From positions 250,976,001 to 251,040,000 of the forward strand of contig OZ024740.1 of assembly GCA_964016885.1 (NCBI GenBank): a stretch of DNA of 64,000 bases, given 5' to 3'. Positions 44,919 through 60,255 of this stretch are shown one piece after another. Positions within the stretch are counted from its first letter, which is position 1. Every line of letters begins with the position of its first letter. Position numbers and translations under genes: made by a program. The notes beneath the pieces are model-generated. The model ran no database searches and was not told where the DNA came from. It saw only the letters and a program-made list of their open reading frames with translations. The DNA is from Eledone cirrhosa. Lineage: Eukaryota.

Positions 44919-46324
44919 CATATATATATATACATATATATATATACATATATATATATATACATATATATATATACATATATATATATACATATATATA
45001 TATACATATATATATATACATATATATATACATATATATATATACATATATATATATACATATATATATATACATATATATATATACATATATATATATA
45101 CATATATATATATACATATATATATACATATATATATATACATACACATATATATACATATATATATATACATACACATATATATATACATATATATATA
45201 CATATATATATATATACATACACATATATATATACACATATATATATATACATATATATATATACACATATATATATATACATATATATACACATATATA
45301 TATATACATATACACATATATATATACATATACATATATACATATATATATACATATATATATACATATATATTATATACATATATATATACATATATAT
45401 ATACATATATATATACATATATATATATACATATATATATATACATATATATATATACATATATATATATACATATATATATATATACATATATATATAT
45501 ACATATATATATATACATATATATATATACATATATATATATACATATATATATATACATATATATATATACATATATATATACATATATATATATACAT
45601 ATATATATATACATATATATATATACATATATATATATACATATATATATATACATATATATATATACATATATATATATACATATATATATACATATAT
45701 ATATATACATATATATATATACATATATATATACATATATATATATACATATATATATATACATATATATATACATATATATATATACATATATATATAC
45801 ATATATATATACATATATATATACATATATATATATACATATATATATACATATATATACATATATATATACATATATATATATACATATACATATATAT
45901 ATATACATATATACATATATATATATACATATATATATATACATATATATATATACATATACATATATATATATATACATATATATATATACATATATAT
46001 ATATACATATATATATATACATATATATATATACATATATATATATACATATATATATATACATATATATATACACATATATATATACATATATATATAC
46101 ACATATATATATACACATATATATATACACATATATATATACACATATATATATATACATATATATATATACATATACATATATATATACATATATATAT
46201 ACATATATATATACATATATATATACATATATATATACATATATATATATATATACATATATATATACATATATATACATATATATATACATATATATAT
46301 ACATATATATATATATACATATAC

Positions 46325-46355
<31 letters not shown>

Positions 46356-46462
46356 CATATACATATATATATACATATACATATATATATACATATACAT
46401 ATATATATACATATACATATATATATACATATACATATATATACATATATATATACATATAC

Positions 46463-46494
<32 letters not shown>

Positions 46495-46868
46495 ATATAT
46501 ATACATATACATATACATATATATATACATACATATATGTCCTCAGACATTGAGCTAACCTTATACTGCCTGCTAGATAAGTGGAGTGTTATACACCCCT
46601 GATCCTTTCCCTAGCATAATATATATATACATATACATATATATATATATACATATACATACATACATATATATATACATATATATATACACATATATAT
46701 ATACATATATATATATACATATATATATATACATATATATATATACATATATATATACATATATATATACATATATATATACATATATATATACATATAT
46801 ATATACACATATATATATACATATATATATACATATATATATACATATATATATACATATATATATAC

Positions 46869-46899
<31 letters not shown>

Positions 46900-47020
46900 C
46901 ATATATATATACATATATATATACATATATATATACATATATATATACATATATACATATATACATATATATATACATATATATATATATACATATACAT
47001 ATATATATATACATATATAT
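44627..47020. repeat. Compound (TA)n/(TACA) microsatellite interrupted by an ~80-bp unique island
   Basis: Direct inspection. Confidence 0.98.
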
Positions 47021-47627
47021 GGTGGCTGCCAACTCGTTTTCGAGTATGGCCACTACTTTATATCCATGTAGGAGAACTCCTACCGATGCGCTGAACGAGT
47101 GTGACTTTTTAGTCCAGCCAGCGACTTGAAAACTCTGGTACAAACACTACACTTGTGACAATTATTGACACACAGCGCTGGGCCCATGGTACCATGTGAT
47201 GACAAATGCAGAGAGATCTCCAGATATAAAGCAATGCCTGTGCCGTGAAGCTTTTATAGTGAGCAAAGGCACTGCACAAAGCCAGTCCCACTCTCTTAAC
47301 CAAGATGATATTTACCAAAAAGAAGAACAAGTCAACATCATTGGATACCATCAGAGTTGCAGGTGTTATATCAGAGTTTTCCTTCTCCTAGAATTCTGCC
47401 TTGACAAAGGCTAAGGGGTCATCTCTCCCGGTGATTTTGGATGGCCACTGACTCTTAAGAGCTCCTTTGCCCTTTGACAGGTTTTGTTTTTAGTCCTGCA
47501 GGATGTCCAAAGTCACCCTCCTCACCAAGAAACCTTGGTGGGGTTGCCAGTTTAGTCGCCAACGACCCGACCATGAGACAGGTTGTACTGGGATACATGT
47601 TACCAGTAGCACCAACTGGTGACCTGA
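47021..47627 (-). mobile_element. Bipartite RTE-derived element, copy 4
   Basis: Full-length copy with the same termini (GGTGGCTGCC...GACCTGA on +), inside a TA array. Confidence 0.7.
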
Positions 47628-49596
<1,969 letters not shown>

Positions 49597-52500
49597 TTGG
49601 AGAGTGGAAGGGAGAGAAAAATCTGGACGCCCAGAGCGAAAATGCCAAAGTTAAAGTCAAATTCACCTCGTGGACGAGAATGCGAGCACTCCTCTTTGTT
49701 TCGTCCGCGGATGGCTAACATAACCCTATCTCCTCCAGCCCCCCACCACCCCCACCCTCCAAACGCAACCCAAACCTTCAGAGTTGGTACCATAAATGTA
49801 GGCACCCTAAAGGGTCGCGCTAACGAGGTTGTAGAAATGCTTGAACGTAAGGAGGTCGATGTTTGTTGTATTCAAGAGACCAGGTGGAGGGGTGGGTCTG
49901 CTAGATTCATTGAGGGTAAAAAACGATGTTATAAGCTTTTCTGGGTGGGAAACGACGATGGGCTGGGTGGAGTAGGAATCATGGTAGCAGAAAAGTGGGC
50001 AGATAAGATAATAGACGTAAATAGAGTGAACGACAGAATAATTAAAATAAGACTTGTCCTCAATAGAACTACGGTGACAGTAATATCTGCGTACGCACCC
50101 CAATCCGGACTGCCCGGCACTATAAAAGACAGATTCTATGAGACACTGTTGCTAACTACCTCCCAAATATCTGACAGTGACTATATAATTATTGCAGGCG
50201 ACCTAAATGGTCACGTTGGACAACATTGTGACGGCTACGACGAAATCCATGGAGGCTATGGGTTTGGTACTAGAAATGAGGAAGGCTCCAGAATCCTGGA
50301 ATACTGTGATGCAAATAACCTAACTATCTGTAACACTAACTTCAAAAAACGTGACAATCACCTGATTACCTATAGATCCGGGGAACACACAAGCCAGGTA
50401 GATTATATCCTTACCAGAAGACGTGACAGAGTGTCTGTTGTAAACACTAAATCCCTCCCCCATGAAGAATGCACCTCCCAACATAGACTGATAATTAGCG
50501 ACCTCATAGTCAGGACGAGACGTACCCGACAGCAGAAGAGGACTATCCTCAGGAGGAAAATATGGAAACTAAAGGACCCCACAGCCAGAAATAAATTTCA
50601 AAGCATATTACTTGATGCTTTCGACAGTAAGGAAGAGCATCTAGAATCGGACAATATAGAGGGACAGTGGAAATTTCTGAAAGCAAACCTGCTGTTGGCG
50701 ACAGACGAGGTCTGTGGCTGGAGCAGGCCTGTAGGCAGGAGGAGAGTAACATGGTGGTGGAACAATAGGGTGGAGGGGTCAATTAAGGCCAAAAAGCAGG
50801 CTTGGAAAGTATGGCGGGATGGGGGAAGTAGAGTAGACTATCAAGTGGCCAGGAGGGAAGCTAGGAGAGAAGTGTACTTAGCAAGAAGGGAAGCGGAGGA
50901 AAGAAAGTTCAAGCATGTTCTACAACGCGATGACCAAAAACGTGAGGTGTTCAGGATTGCCAGGCAATGCGTCAAGGAAAACCGTGATATTGTCGGGGAG
51001 AAGTGTGTACTTAACGATGATGGCATACTTGCCATCACCGACACTGATAAGAAGGTAGCTTGGAAGTGTCACTATGAAAGGCTACTAAATGAGGAGAATA
51101 AATGGGAGAAAGACAGTCTCCCCCATATCGACCCGATAGAGGGACCAGCAGTGTTAGTCGAGGGGAGTATAATAAGTAAGGCAATCAAGGATATGAAGAC
51201 TGGTAAGGCGGCTGGGCCTTCGGAAATAGTTGCTGAGATGCTGAAGGCATCTGGCACGGTGGGACACACCATGGTCACCCGCATAGTTAACCAAGTCGTA
51301 CAGAATGGGGTTGTTCCGAAGGACTGGCATAGCAGCATCATCGTTAACTGTTATAAGGGTAAAGGAGACGCCCTAGATAGGAGTAACTATAGAGGCATTA
51401 AATTAATCGACCAGGTCATGAAGGTCACGGAAAAAGTAATAGCGCAACTAATCAGAGAGAGAATTGATCTAGATGAAATGCAGTTCGGGTTTGTGTCAGG
51501 CAAAAGCACCACAGACGCTCTTTTCATAGTACGACAACTACAGGAGAAGTACCTAGCTAAAGGTAAACCCCTCTACTTAGCTTTTGTCGACCTGGAGAAA
51601 GCCTTCGACAGAGTCCCCCGCTCCATTATCTGGTGGGCTCTTAGAAAACTAGGCGTTGACGAATGGCTTGTGAGGGCTATACAAGCCATGTATAAAGAAA
51701 CAGTCAGCAAGGTTAGAATTAACAACGAATATAGTGAAGAGTTTAGCGTAAAAGTTGGCGTCCATCAGGGCTCTGTTCTCAGCCCCCTACTATTTATTAT
51801 TGCCCTTCAGGCTATAACAGAGGAGTTCAAGACAGGCTGCCCATGGGAACTCCTATACGCAGACGACCTGACACTCATAGCGGAATCAATGGCCGAGCTA
51901 GAGAAGAAATTCCAAACATGGAAGCACGGCCTAGAGTCAAAAGGACTTAAAATTAACCTGGCTAAGACCAAAGTTCTAGTTTGTAGGAAAGAAAACAAGG
52001 CGGCGGTCCCTTCTGGGAAATGGTCGTGCTCGGTATGTAGGAAAGGCGTAGGTAGAAACTCCATCTTATGTCCTAAATGCAAAGTATGGGTGCATAAAAG
52101 ATGTAGTGGGATCACAGGTAAGCTAACTAAGAACATAGACTTTACATGTGGCCGATGTTCTGGTGCAATAAGTAGCAGCAAGTGCCCACAAAATACTAGC
52201 TCTTTCAATTGCGCAGAGGGTTCTATAGAAATAGTGGACAGCTTCCGTTACCTGGGCGATAAAATCAGCAGTGGGGGAGGGTGCTCTGAAAGTACTGTAG
52301 CTAGAGTCAGAACTGGTTGGAAAAAGTTCAGAGAGCTTATACCACTATTAGCTGCTAAAGGGTTCTCCCTAAAAATGAAAGGCAGGTTGTACGATGCCTG
52401 CATACGAACAGCAATGTTGCATGGTAGTGAGACCTGGGCATTGTGTGCAGAGGATATACGCAGACTAGAGAGGAACGAAGCTTGCATGCTCCGCTGGATG

Positions 52501-53176
52501 TGTAACAGTAATATACGTGAACGGCAAAGCATAAACGAACTAAGGAAAAAATTAGAGATAAGAGGGATCAGATGTTGTTTACTCGAGAGAAGGCTGCGTT
52601 GGTATGGACACGTGATGCGCATGAAAGTCGATAGCTGTATTACAAAGTGCAGGGCAATAAAGATAGACGGTAGCCACGGAATAGGCAGACCTAGAAAAAC
52701 ATGGGATGAGCTGATAAACTCCAACCTCATACACTTACACCTCTCCAAGACAATGTCACTGGACCGTGACCTTTGGCGGTACTCAGTAACAGAGAAGACC
52801 CGCCTTGCCAGTAGGCATCTCTAACAAACTACACCCCGTCCCGCCACCACCCCCACCCCATCCACACCACCCCGTTCCATGTAAAGTTATGTTGGTGCCG
52901 CGCCATCCAGGCCGAAACAAACGAGATCGTATAGGTGTCACGACAAAAAAACACACAGTCCACGCTGTAATGTGGCCGTGTAGGCAACACGGTAAAAACC
53001 TCCCAGACCCACACTGTAAATGTGGTTGGTGTTAGGAAGGGCATCCAACTGTAGAAAACCTGCCAGACAGTCCTATGCGAGCAAGACAATCACTCTTGCC
53101 TCAAGTGGGACTACCCCCGTCCAAACCCATGCAAGCGTGGAACACGGACGTTAAACGTTGATGATGATGATGATAA
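49597..53176 (+). mobile_element. Near full-length RTE-clade LINE with intact ORF, 3'UTR and (GAT)n tail
   Basis: Single long ORF; tail GGACGTTAAACGTTGATGATGATGATGAT. Confidence 0.95.
49642..52824 (+). CDS. RTE ORF protein: APE + RT + C4HC3 PHD-like finger (~1060 aa from the first ATG)
   Basis: [32 protein letters not shown]; [27 protein letters not shown]; CSVC..CPKC....H..C..CGRC; LRWYGHV, GRPRKTW. Confidence 0.95.
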   Translation: MPKLKSNSPRGRECEHSSLFRPRMANITLSPPAPHHPHPPNATQTFRVGTINVGTLKGRANEVVEMLERKEVDVCCIQETRWRGGSARFIEGKKRCYKLFWVGNDDGLGGVGIMVAEKWADKIIDVNRVNDRIIKIRLVLNRTTVTVISAYAPQSGLPGTIKDRFYETLLLTTSQISDSDYIIIAGDLNGHVGQHCDGYDEIHGGYGFGTRNEEGSRILEYCDANNLTICNTNFKKRDNHLITYRSGEHTSQVDYILTRRRDRVSVVNTKSLPHEECTSQHRLIISDLIVRTRRTRQQKRTILRRKIWKLKDPTARNKFQSILLDAFDSKEEHLESDNIEGQWKFLKANLLLATDEVCGWSRPVGRRRVTWWWNNRVEGSIKAKKQAWKVWRDGGSRVDYQVARREARREVYLARREAEERKFKHVLQRDDQKREVFRIARQCVKENRDIVGEKCVLNDDGILAITDTDKKVAWKCHYERLLNEENKWEKDSLPHIDPIEGPAVLVEGSIISKAIKDMKTGKAAGPSEIVAEMLKASGTVGHTMVTRIVNQVVQNGVVPKDWHSSIIVNCYKGKGDALDRSNYRGIKLIDQVMKVTEKVIAQLIRERIDLDEMQFGFVSGKSTTDALFIVRQLQEKYLAKGKPLYLAFVDLEKAFDRVPRSIIWWALRKLGVDEWLVRAIQAMYKETVSKVRINNEYSEEFSVKVGVHQGSVLSPLLFIIALQAITEEFKTGCPWELLYADDLTLIAESMAELEKKFQTWKHGLESKGLKINLAKTKVLVCRKENKAAVPSGKWSCSVCRKGVGRNSILCPKCKVWVHKRCSGITGKLTKNIDFTCGRCSGAISSSKCPQNTSSFNCAEGSIEIVDSFRYLGDKISSGGGCSESTVARVRTGWKKFRELIPLLAAKGFSLKMKGRLYDACIRTAMLHGSETWALCAEDIRRLERNEACMLRWMCNSNIRERQSINELRKKLEIRGIRCCLLERRLRWYGHVMRMKVDSCITKCRAIKIDGSHGIGRPRKTWDELINSNLIHLHLSKTMSLDRDLWRYSVTEKTRLASRHL

Positions 53177-53590
53177 TACATATATATATATAAATACATA
53201 TACATATATATATATAAATACATATACATATATATATATAAATACATATACATATATATATAAATACATATGCATATATATATAAATACATATACATATA
53301 TATATAAATACATATACATATATATATAAATACATATACATATATATATAAATACATATACATATATATAAATACATATACATATATATAAATACATATA
53401 CATATATATAAATACATATACATATATATAAATACATATACATATATATAAATACATATACATATATATAAATACATATACATATATATAAATACATATA
53501 CATATATATAAATACATATACATATATATAAATACATATACATATATATAAATACATATACATATATATAAATACATATATATATAATAC
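53177..53590. repeat. TAAA-variant microsatellite with a 20-bp higher-order unit AATACATATACATATATATA (~11 perfect copies, 53351-53580)
   Basis: Direct inspection. Confidence 0.97.
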
Positions 53591-53746
53591 ATAAGATCAA
53601 AAGATGGTTAAAAGAGTTCCATGTATTTTATTATACGCATTTCAAAAACAAATATCATCATGCGATGACATTTGCGTGATGATATATGTTTTTGAAATGC
53701 GCATAATAAAATACATGGAACTCTTTTAACCATCTTTTGATCTTAT
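53591..53746. repeat. Imperfect palindrome made of Penelope pLTR pieces (3' half of a hammerhead)
   Basis: ATAAGATCAAAAGATGG...CCATCTTTTGATCTTAT; contains GAAA-TGCGCA-TA-ATAAAATA; related pieces at 49052-49186 and 53755-53840. Confidence 0.75.
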
Positions 53747-53859
53747 ATATTATTTATACTCCAGTCCCACAAACTGTAGAGTGCTACTTATCTGATATCT
53801 GCATTGCTTTATTGTACTTCAATAAAACTCTCCTCCTACATATATATATATATATATAT

Positions 53860-55330
53860 AAGAAGAAATTAAAAGACGGTTAAAAAAGTTCCATAAATTT
53901 TATCATGCGCATTTTAAAAACAAATATCATCCAGGGATGATATTTGCGTTCTCATCAGATAAAATAGGGAGACATGATATGAAGCTTAAAAAAGACACCT
54001 GTGAGCAAGGTAGTGTCTAAACAACATATGATAAATAAATTTAAAAGGATATAGGAGACTGGAAAAAAGGAAAGGAAGGGGAGAAAAGTAAGGAAGATGA
54101 AGAAAGGAAAAAGAAAAAAGAAGGAAAGGATAACGGAGGAAGATTATAAGAAGGAGGAAGGATAGAGAAAGAGAGAGGAGAGAAAAGAGAGAGAGATAAA
54201 CATTTAAACTGAGAAACGCTGTCTCACACAGAGAAATGACTGAAAAAACGGTTTTAAAATTTATAAATAAATAAAATAAATTAATAAAATTTTAAATTTA
54301 AAAGTTAATGAGGTTTATGGATGATGATGCTTATGATTACAGATATAGAAATTAAGTATACTATTTATTTAGGGTTTAAATAGTGACGGATTTATTAAGA
54401 AGTGCAAAAGTTTATTAAAAAAGTATTAAGATAAAATAAAGTGAAATAAGGTAAGGTGAATGAAAATAAAGTTAGATGATTTATAAGCATAGAATACGAG
54501 GGTCTAGTTTGTTTCAATAGATTGTAATATAAAAAGTAATTATTTAAGTTTATACAAGCATGGAAAGAGAAAAACGAAAAAATACGAGTAAGAAAACATT
54601 ACGTCAAAAATTTGTTTACAAAATTCACCTAATGCTAATATTAATAGATTTTAAGTAAAAAATTGGGAAATATAGCTACTGAAAAATAATGTTGAGAAAA
54701 AATGAACTATTTAAAAGAAAAATGTTCTATAGCCAAGAAGAAATTTGCTATAGTAAATTAAAAGGTTAAAAAAAATTACAAAAAGTTATTAAAAGAAATA
54801 AAAAAATTAAACAATTAGGGGACCAAAAATGTTATAGTATGAATGAACTTTTGTAGAATGCACTAAAATATGGTAGAAAAAGGGGTAAAAAAAATGTGTG
54901 AGAGAAAAAGATTTTAATCCTAATTATAGAGTAAGATATTAGCTATATATTTAGTGAAATGACCTAAGCGATTTATGGATGCAAAGCGAAAATAAATCTG
55001 TGCGTCTATTTATTATAGAATTAAAATTAGAGATAATGGTAAATTTTTCCGCTAGGCGTAAATTACAAGTTCTGGATAGGGAAGCATTAAAATAAGGAGA
55101 AGCGTTTTTGTCTTTTAAGGACCAGATGAGTTCTGAGGGAGCAGTGTTTATTCTTTTAAGTGGGTATTTAAAAGATGAAGAATGGTTATATAATCTCGCC
55201 TTAAAGGATGTAGAAGTAGAGCCGAAGTAGGTGTAAGAATTGGTGCTAGTTATCACCTTACATTCGTATACTAAATTCTTGTCGATTATTAAGAGGACAT
55301 TTAGTTCTATTAAGGCAATTGCATTTACGA
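53860..55330 (-). mobile_element. Penelope-like 3' fragment (GIY-YIG) with long AT-rich 3' region
   Basis: CNCLNRTKCPL, YFGSTSTSFKARLYNHSSSF and CNLRLAEK motifs. Confidence 0.75.
53897..53965 (-). ncRNA. Mutated hammerhead ribozyme motif (Penelope pLTR)
   Basis: ATTTTAT-CTGATGA-long stem II-AAAA (instead of GAAA)-TGCGCA-T-G-ATAAAAT; the sister copy at ~53694 keeps GAAA and TA. Confidence 0.55.
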
Positions 55331-55797
55331 TTAATGTTATTAATAGAGTAAATGAAAGGCAGACTGTATGATGCGTGTATCCGAACAGCGATGTTGCATG
55401 GTAGTGAGACCTGGGCGCTGAAGCTGGAAAACTTACGTAGATTAGAGAGAAACAAAGCCTGCATGCTCCGATGGATGTGTAATAGTAATATACGCGAACG
55501 ACAAAGCATAAATGAATTGAGAGAGAGACTGAGCATAAGAGGAATCAAATGCTGTGTGCAGGAGAGGCGGTTGCGTTGGTATGGACATGTGATGCGTATG
55601 ATGACAGCTGCATAAAAAGGTGCAGAGCACTAGAAGTCGATGGAAACCGCGGAGTGGGGAGACCCAAGATAACCTGGGATGAGGTGATAAAAGTCGACCT
55701 TACCCAATTACACCTCTCAAAGGCGATGACACATGACCGTGACCTCTGGCGTCACGCAGTAATACAGAGTACCCGACCTCCCATGGGTACAAGCTGA
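55331..55797 (+). mobile_element. RTE 3' coding fragment
   Basis: [21 protein letters not shown]...LRWYGHV. Confidence 0.85.
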
Positions 55798-56041
55798 AGC
55801 ATATATACAACAGCCAACAGCAGGAAAAGCGAGGAAAACGTTTTTTGACGCTAGCACCCCAGTGAGAAATTTTGATCCGAAATCATTGCAGGTCTAGAAT
55901 CAGACAGATCCATACAGTGATCGTGTCTCAAGTTGTCTGCTGGCGAAACAATTGTAACACACAATAAATTGAGTTCAGATGCACTGATTTTTCGTTTTAT
56001 ATTATATATGTATATATATATATCATTATCTATAAAAGGCA

Positions 56042-56150
56042 AAGTTAATCCCGCCGAGGTTAACTTTGCCTTTCATCCTTACGGGGTCGATAAAATAAAG
56101 TACCAGTAATGTACTGGGTAATTGCTGGCCTTGTGCCAAATGTAGAAACA
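56042..56150 (+). mobile_element. 5'-truncated SINE family B with a 17-bp target-site duplication
   Basis: ATTATCTATAAAAGGCA at 56025-56041 and 56151-56167; body matches 9323-9432. Confidence 0.8.
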
Positions 56151-56689
56151 ATTATCTATAAAAGGCAGATTGTTGTTGTGTGTGCATGTTCCATGTTTAT
56201 ACATTTGCACAATTTCAAACCGATTCAACTCAAAGTCTGTAAGAATGTTGTAAATGGTCTAACTTAGGTCAACGACTATTTATTTATTTCAAACTCACCC
56301 ACAATTACGGAAATAATCGATAAAACTAAATACATGTCGCTTTACCCCTCTAATAAAATCTGATTTACTCTCTCTACTCCCCTAAAAATTCGATAAAACT
56401 AAATACATGCTGCAACTTTCTCATATACGCTTAAACTTACAAACTTCCTTTAGGAACGCTGAAGAAAGAAGAGAGAGAACGTTTGTTTTTGAGTGTGGAA
56501 CGGTCAAACATTTATTTACTTCAATGACAAAGAGAACTTATTACATTTCATACGAAACAACAATTATTCAAAAGCAACAGATAAATTTATTCAACAACAA
56601 AAAAAATAGCAATAAATCGTTTTTAAAACATCTCAACAAACAGATTACATAATGTGTGGTCTGAATAAGCGACAATGTGCATTTGTGGG

Positions 56690-58420
56690 CAGCTTAAGGT
56701 ATCCCTATCGATTAATGTAACTAGAACTCTATCTAAATACTATTTAGATGACCCTGTGTAGTTGCTCCATGCCCACAGATGTGCATTTGGTAAATCTAGT
56801 CGATATCTATCAGCCAATTGGAATTGGCTCATTAGATTTTTGAAGCTGTTACCCTCTCTATTATCACATGCCCCTACATAGTCCCAATGTGCGTCCAGGA
56901 AGCCATTTCATTACTCCATTAACAGTAAAGACTCTAGACGCCTAAAGAACTATGGCCGCAATGTTCCAGTCAGGGCATAGATGGCCACCAGTCTAAAAGC
57001 TCCACTTTCACCAGCATTCACATCTAGGACCACCAACTTGCCTTCCGGATCCAAGAAGATTGCTTATTTTGAGATCCAGATTCCAAACAGCACAGCAACT
57101 GCCCCTCTATCTCCGACTGACAAAGAGATGCATAGATCTCGGAGTTGTCAAATATATTGGTTAGCTGCTGTTTGTCGTGAATCCTGGACTCACTGACAGC
57201 TATCACATCTATACAGTGTGACCTGAGGTCATTTAAAAGTTGGCCCGGTTTCCAGGACATCCCCAGGCCACGTGCATTCAGACATCCGACTTGTAGCTTC
57301 ACCATGTCGGTTGAAGAGTTGGGAGAGAAAAAGGAATACTTACTTTTTTGTCTCCTGGAGGTCGGGTTCTTCAATCTCTGTCCAGTTTGTCAGGGTTTGG
57401 GGTGTTTGGGAGGGAGAGAATCCTTTTAATAATACAAGAGCAAGTCTCGCCTTAAAGTCTGGTATTTTTGTGTCGTCACTGATTTATTTCACTTGTTGGT
57501 AGATTGTTGTTTGGAAATGTTTTCCCCTCGGTCTAGATGGTGAAGTCCTTTTGGACAGTTTCTGTCAATTTTGTGTTTGTCATTCTGATATATGTGTAGT
57601 GTTTTGTGTGTGCTTTTTCTGTTTGTTGTTGAGTTTGTAGTTTTCTTTTTGTAGTTGGGGTTCGAGATTGTAGTGGTGTGGGTATTTTTTTGTTGGTGAA
57701 GTTTTTGGTTGTGGTAGTGGTGTTTGTGTTGTCATTTCTCGTGGTGTGTGCATGTTGTTTTTCCATTTTTTTCTATGTCTTTTGGATTTTTGGGATTCCC
57801 CTTCATCTTCGGTTAGGGAAGATGAGTTTCCTGTGTTTGAGGCATCAGAATCGTGTGTAGATCAGAGGGGTATGTTGTGTGGCAAAGTGTTTGATAGAAG
57901 TGGAGGCAAGGGAGAGTTTTTCAGAGGGATTTTCTCTGGATTGTCTCTAATTTGTGGTGGTGGTGTTGTGTTTGGTTTCGGGTGTTACTGTTGGCAGCAG
58001 CACCTTGTTTGGTCTTGGTGTGTTTATGAGCAGGGTTTTAAGTGTGCTTTTCCCACACCTATAACACTGGGGCCTTTTCCCCTCCACCAAAATGAAAATG
58101 ACACCTCGATGCATGTTTTGAACCAGTTGTTTCTATTTGTCCTATTTACAGATAGGAAGGTGTCCTCATTCTCCTTCAAAATACAAAATAGGATCCACCA
58201 AATGTTCACCTCTGGCAGGATTTTGGTAATTTTTATTTTGTTAAGTTCTTACCATATATGTAGGGAAGATGTGTTGGCCCATTTTTATTGGGACAAATGA
58301 ATGTTTTGGGGCAAGGGCTTTGCTTTTAAGGAGCACCGAGATGCTCTCATACTAATTGGCTCTCTAAGTCTGGCATAATTTCTTTCAAACCTGTTTCAAT
58401 TACATGGGTTGAAAGCATAA
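56690..58420 (-). mobile_element. Decayed L1/Tx1-like LINE (ORF1 zinc-knuckle remnant + APE)
   Basis: MVKLQVGCLNARGL...IDVIAVSESR (APE start); RPQCYRCGK remnant near 58060; low-complexity T/K/N linker. Confidence 0.6.
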
Positions 58421-58559
58421 CAGGTTTTATGGTGTCTATAGCAACTGTTCTATAGACCAATATTTCTTTGGATCACCTCTCGCATCTGTGGGGGTATGTG
58501 TATGTGGGCAGTGTCTTCCTTAAAAGTTACATACTCGGCAGCTTCAGCCAAGTATGGGA

Positions 58560-59230
58560 CTTCTTCGAAATGTTGATATTAAAATTTACAAAATCCTTAG
58601 CAATGGTTGCTGCAAAAGAACTCTTGACATGAACATTGCTGTTGAAGGTGGTGGCGGTGGCGTTGTTATTGTTCGTGTTACAGATAGGTCATTTGAGTCG
58701 CAGAATTCCAGGAGTTTGAAACCTTCCTTGTTTCTAGTATCGAACCTGTAACTGCCTGGACCCCATCGAAGCCATCACAGTGTTGCCTACCATGCCTGTT
58801 AAAATCACCTGTAATGAATAAGACATTGTTGTCATTTATTTGGGCGGTAGTGAGCATTAGGGACTCATAGAACCTGTCTTTTAGTCCAGATGGAGGTGCA
58901 TATTGCAGATATAAATGTCATGGTTGCTCTATTTAGTACAAGTCTGTTTAATTATTTTGTGCTATACTCCACCCAGAAAAATTTGTAGCATCATTTTTGC
59001 TCACAAGGAATCTAGCTGACATTCCTCTCCATCTAATCTCTTGTACACACCAGACACCAATTTTCTTTTGTTCAAACATCTCTACAAGCTCTCCAGATCT
59101 TCCTTTCATAGTGTATATGTTGATGGTACCAGCTCTAAAGATATGGATTCAGTGAATTAATGATGAAAACGGTAGGGAGTGTAAGGGATGAGTTGGAGTT
59201 GGTTTTCCATGTGTGAAATAAAGAATGTTT
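58560..59230 (-). mobile_element. Highly decayed RTE APE fragment
   Basis: Nucleotide similarity to the RTE 5' coding region (AGAGCTGGTACCATCAAC, GACAGGTTCTATGAG, ACAGGTGATTTTAAC on minus). Confidence 0.6.
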
Positions 59231-60255
59231 TGATCATCCAGAGGAGTCTGGTGGGTTCATATTCATCATGAGGAATGCTTCAAATTAGTAATCCATATGC
59301 CATACAGAACAACATCAGGCCCATAACAACTGTACTAGAAGTAGTAGTGTTTATTGCAATAGAGATTGAGTTAGCAATTATATGTTTGTACCGCAGTGTT
59401 AGGGAGTGGGTGGGAGGGCAATGGGAATATGGCGTCTGAAAGAAAAGAAGTTGTTTGACCTGAGAAGGTAGTGTATGGGGAGGGCATGGTTGGAGAGAAA
59501 AAGTAAGAGATTACATTATGTTTGATGAAATGAAATAAAACGACTTCCTTGTGAATTATCAGAGTAAGTGAAGTATGAGGCTGAGGATTAAAGGGATGAG
59601 GAGGGAGAAGAAGCATGTGGTATTTGTTTTTTGTTTTTCTCTAGAACGATCTAAGGGAGGTGATAAACAATGAAGCACAATAAACAGTTTAACTGATGCA
59701 TGGATGTAAGAATATTAATGCTGAATGTAATTCTGTGGGGACAGAAAGATTTGTGTACTTCTCAAACCGTCATAGTACTTTGAACCTGTTGAAAATTGTG
59801 TACCCCCTGTTTAGCTGAAGCATAATATACTGGCAAAAAACACCACCACACTTGAAACATGTGATTGTGATATGATTGGCTGCCATTAAATAATTCAACA
59901 ATTACACAGCAGTTGTTAGGTAACACTCAGAATGAATAGTAAAGTGGGATTTGTACGAGTACTGAAAAACATTCTGACATTCTAACAACTCTGCTAATTT
60001 GTTGCCACATGCTCTCTGTGCTCTTAGTTCAAATTCTGCCATGGTCATCTTTATTTTTATTGTTTGGGGAAATGGACTAGCGGATTGTTAGCATTGGATA
60101 AGATGCCTAGCAGTACTTCTTCCAACTCTTTGGATTCCAAGTTCTTGAGTGGTAGACTTAATCTTTCACCAGTTTAATACCACCACCTAGTCCTTGAGTA
60201 CCATTAACAAAGAGCCCTCTGTTGCAAGGCAGGCCTTCGTTTTAACTCTTGATAG

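Noticed and set aside
47480-47627. HDV-like or twister ribozyme at the 5' end of the bipartite element
   Set aside because: Partial pairings exist (GGTCACC/GGTGACT, CCAGT/ACTGG with CTAA) but I could not assemble a full P1-P1.1-P2-P3-P4 or twister topology by eye; needs a covariance search.
56151-56560. Helitron-like 5' end (TCTATAAAAGGCAG...TGTGTG)
   Set aside because: Only a vague resemblance; no 3' hairpin/CTRR terminus identified.
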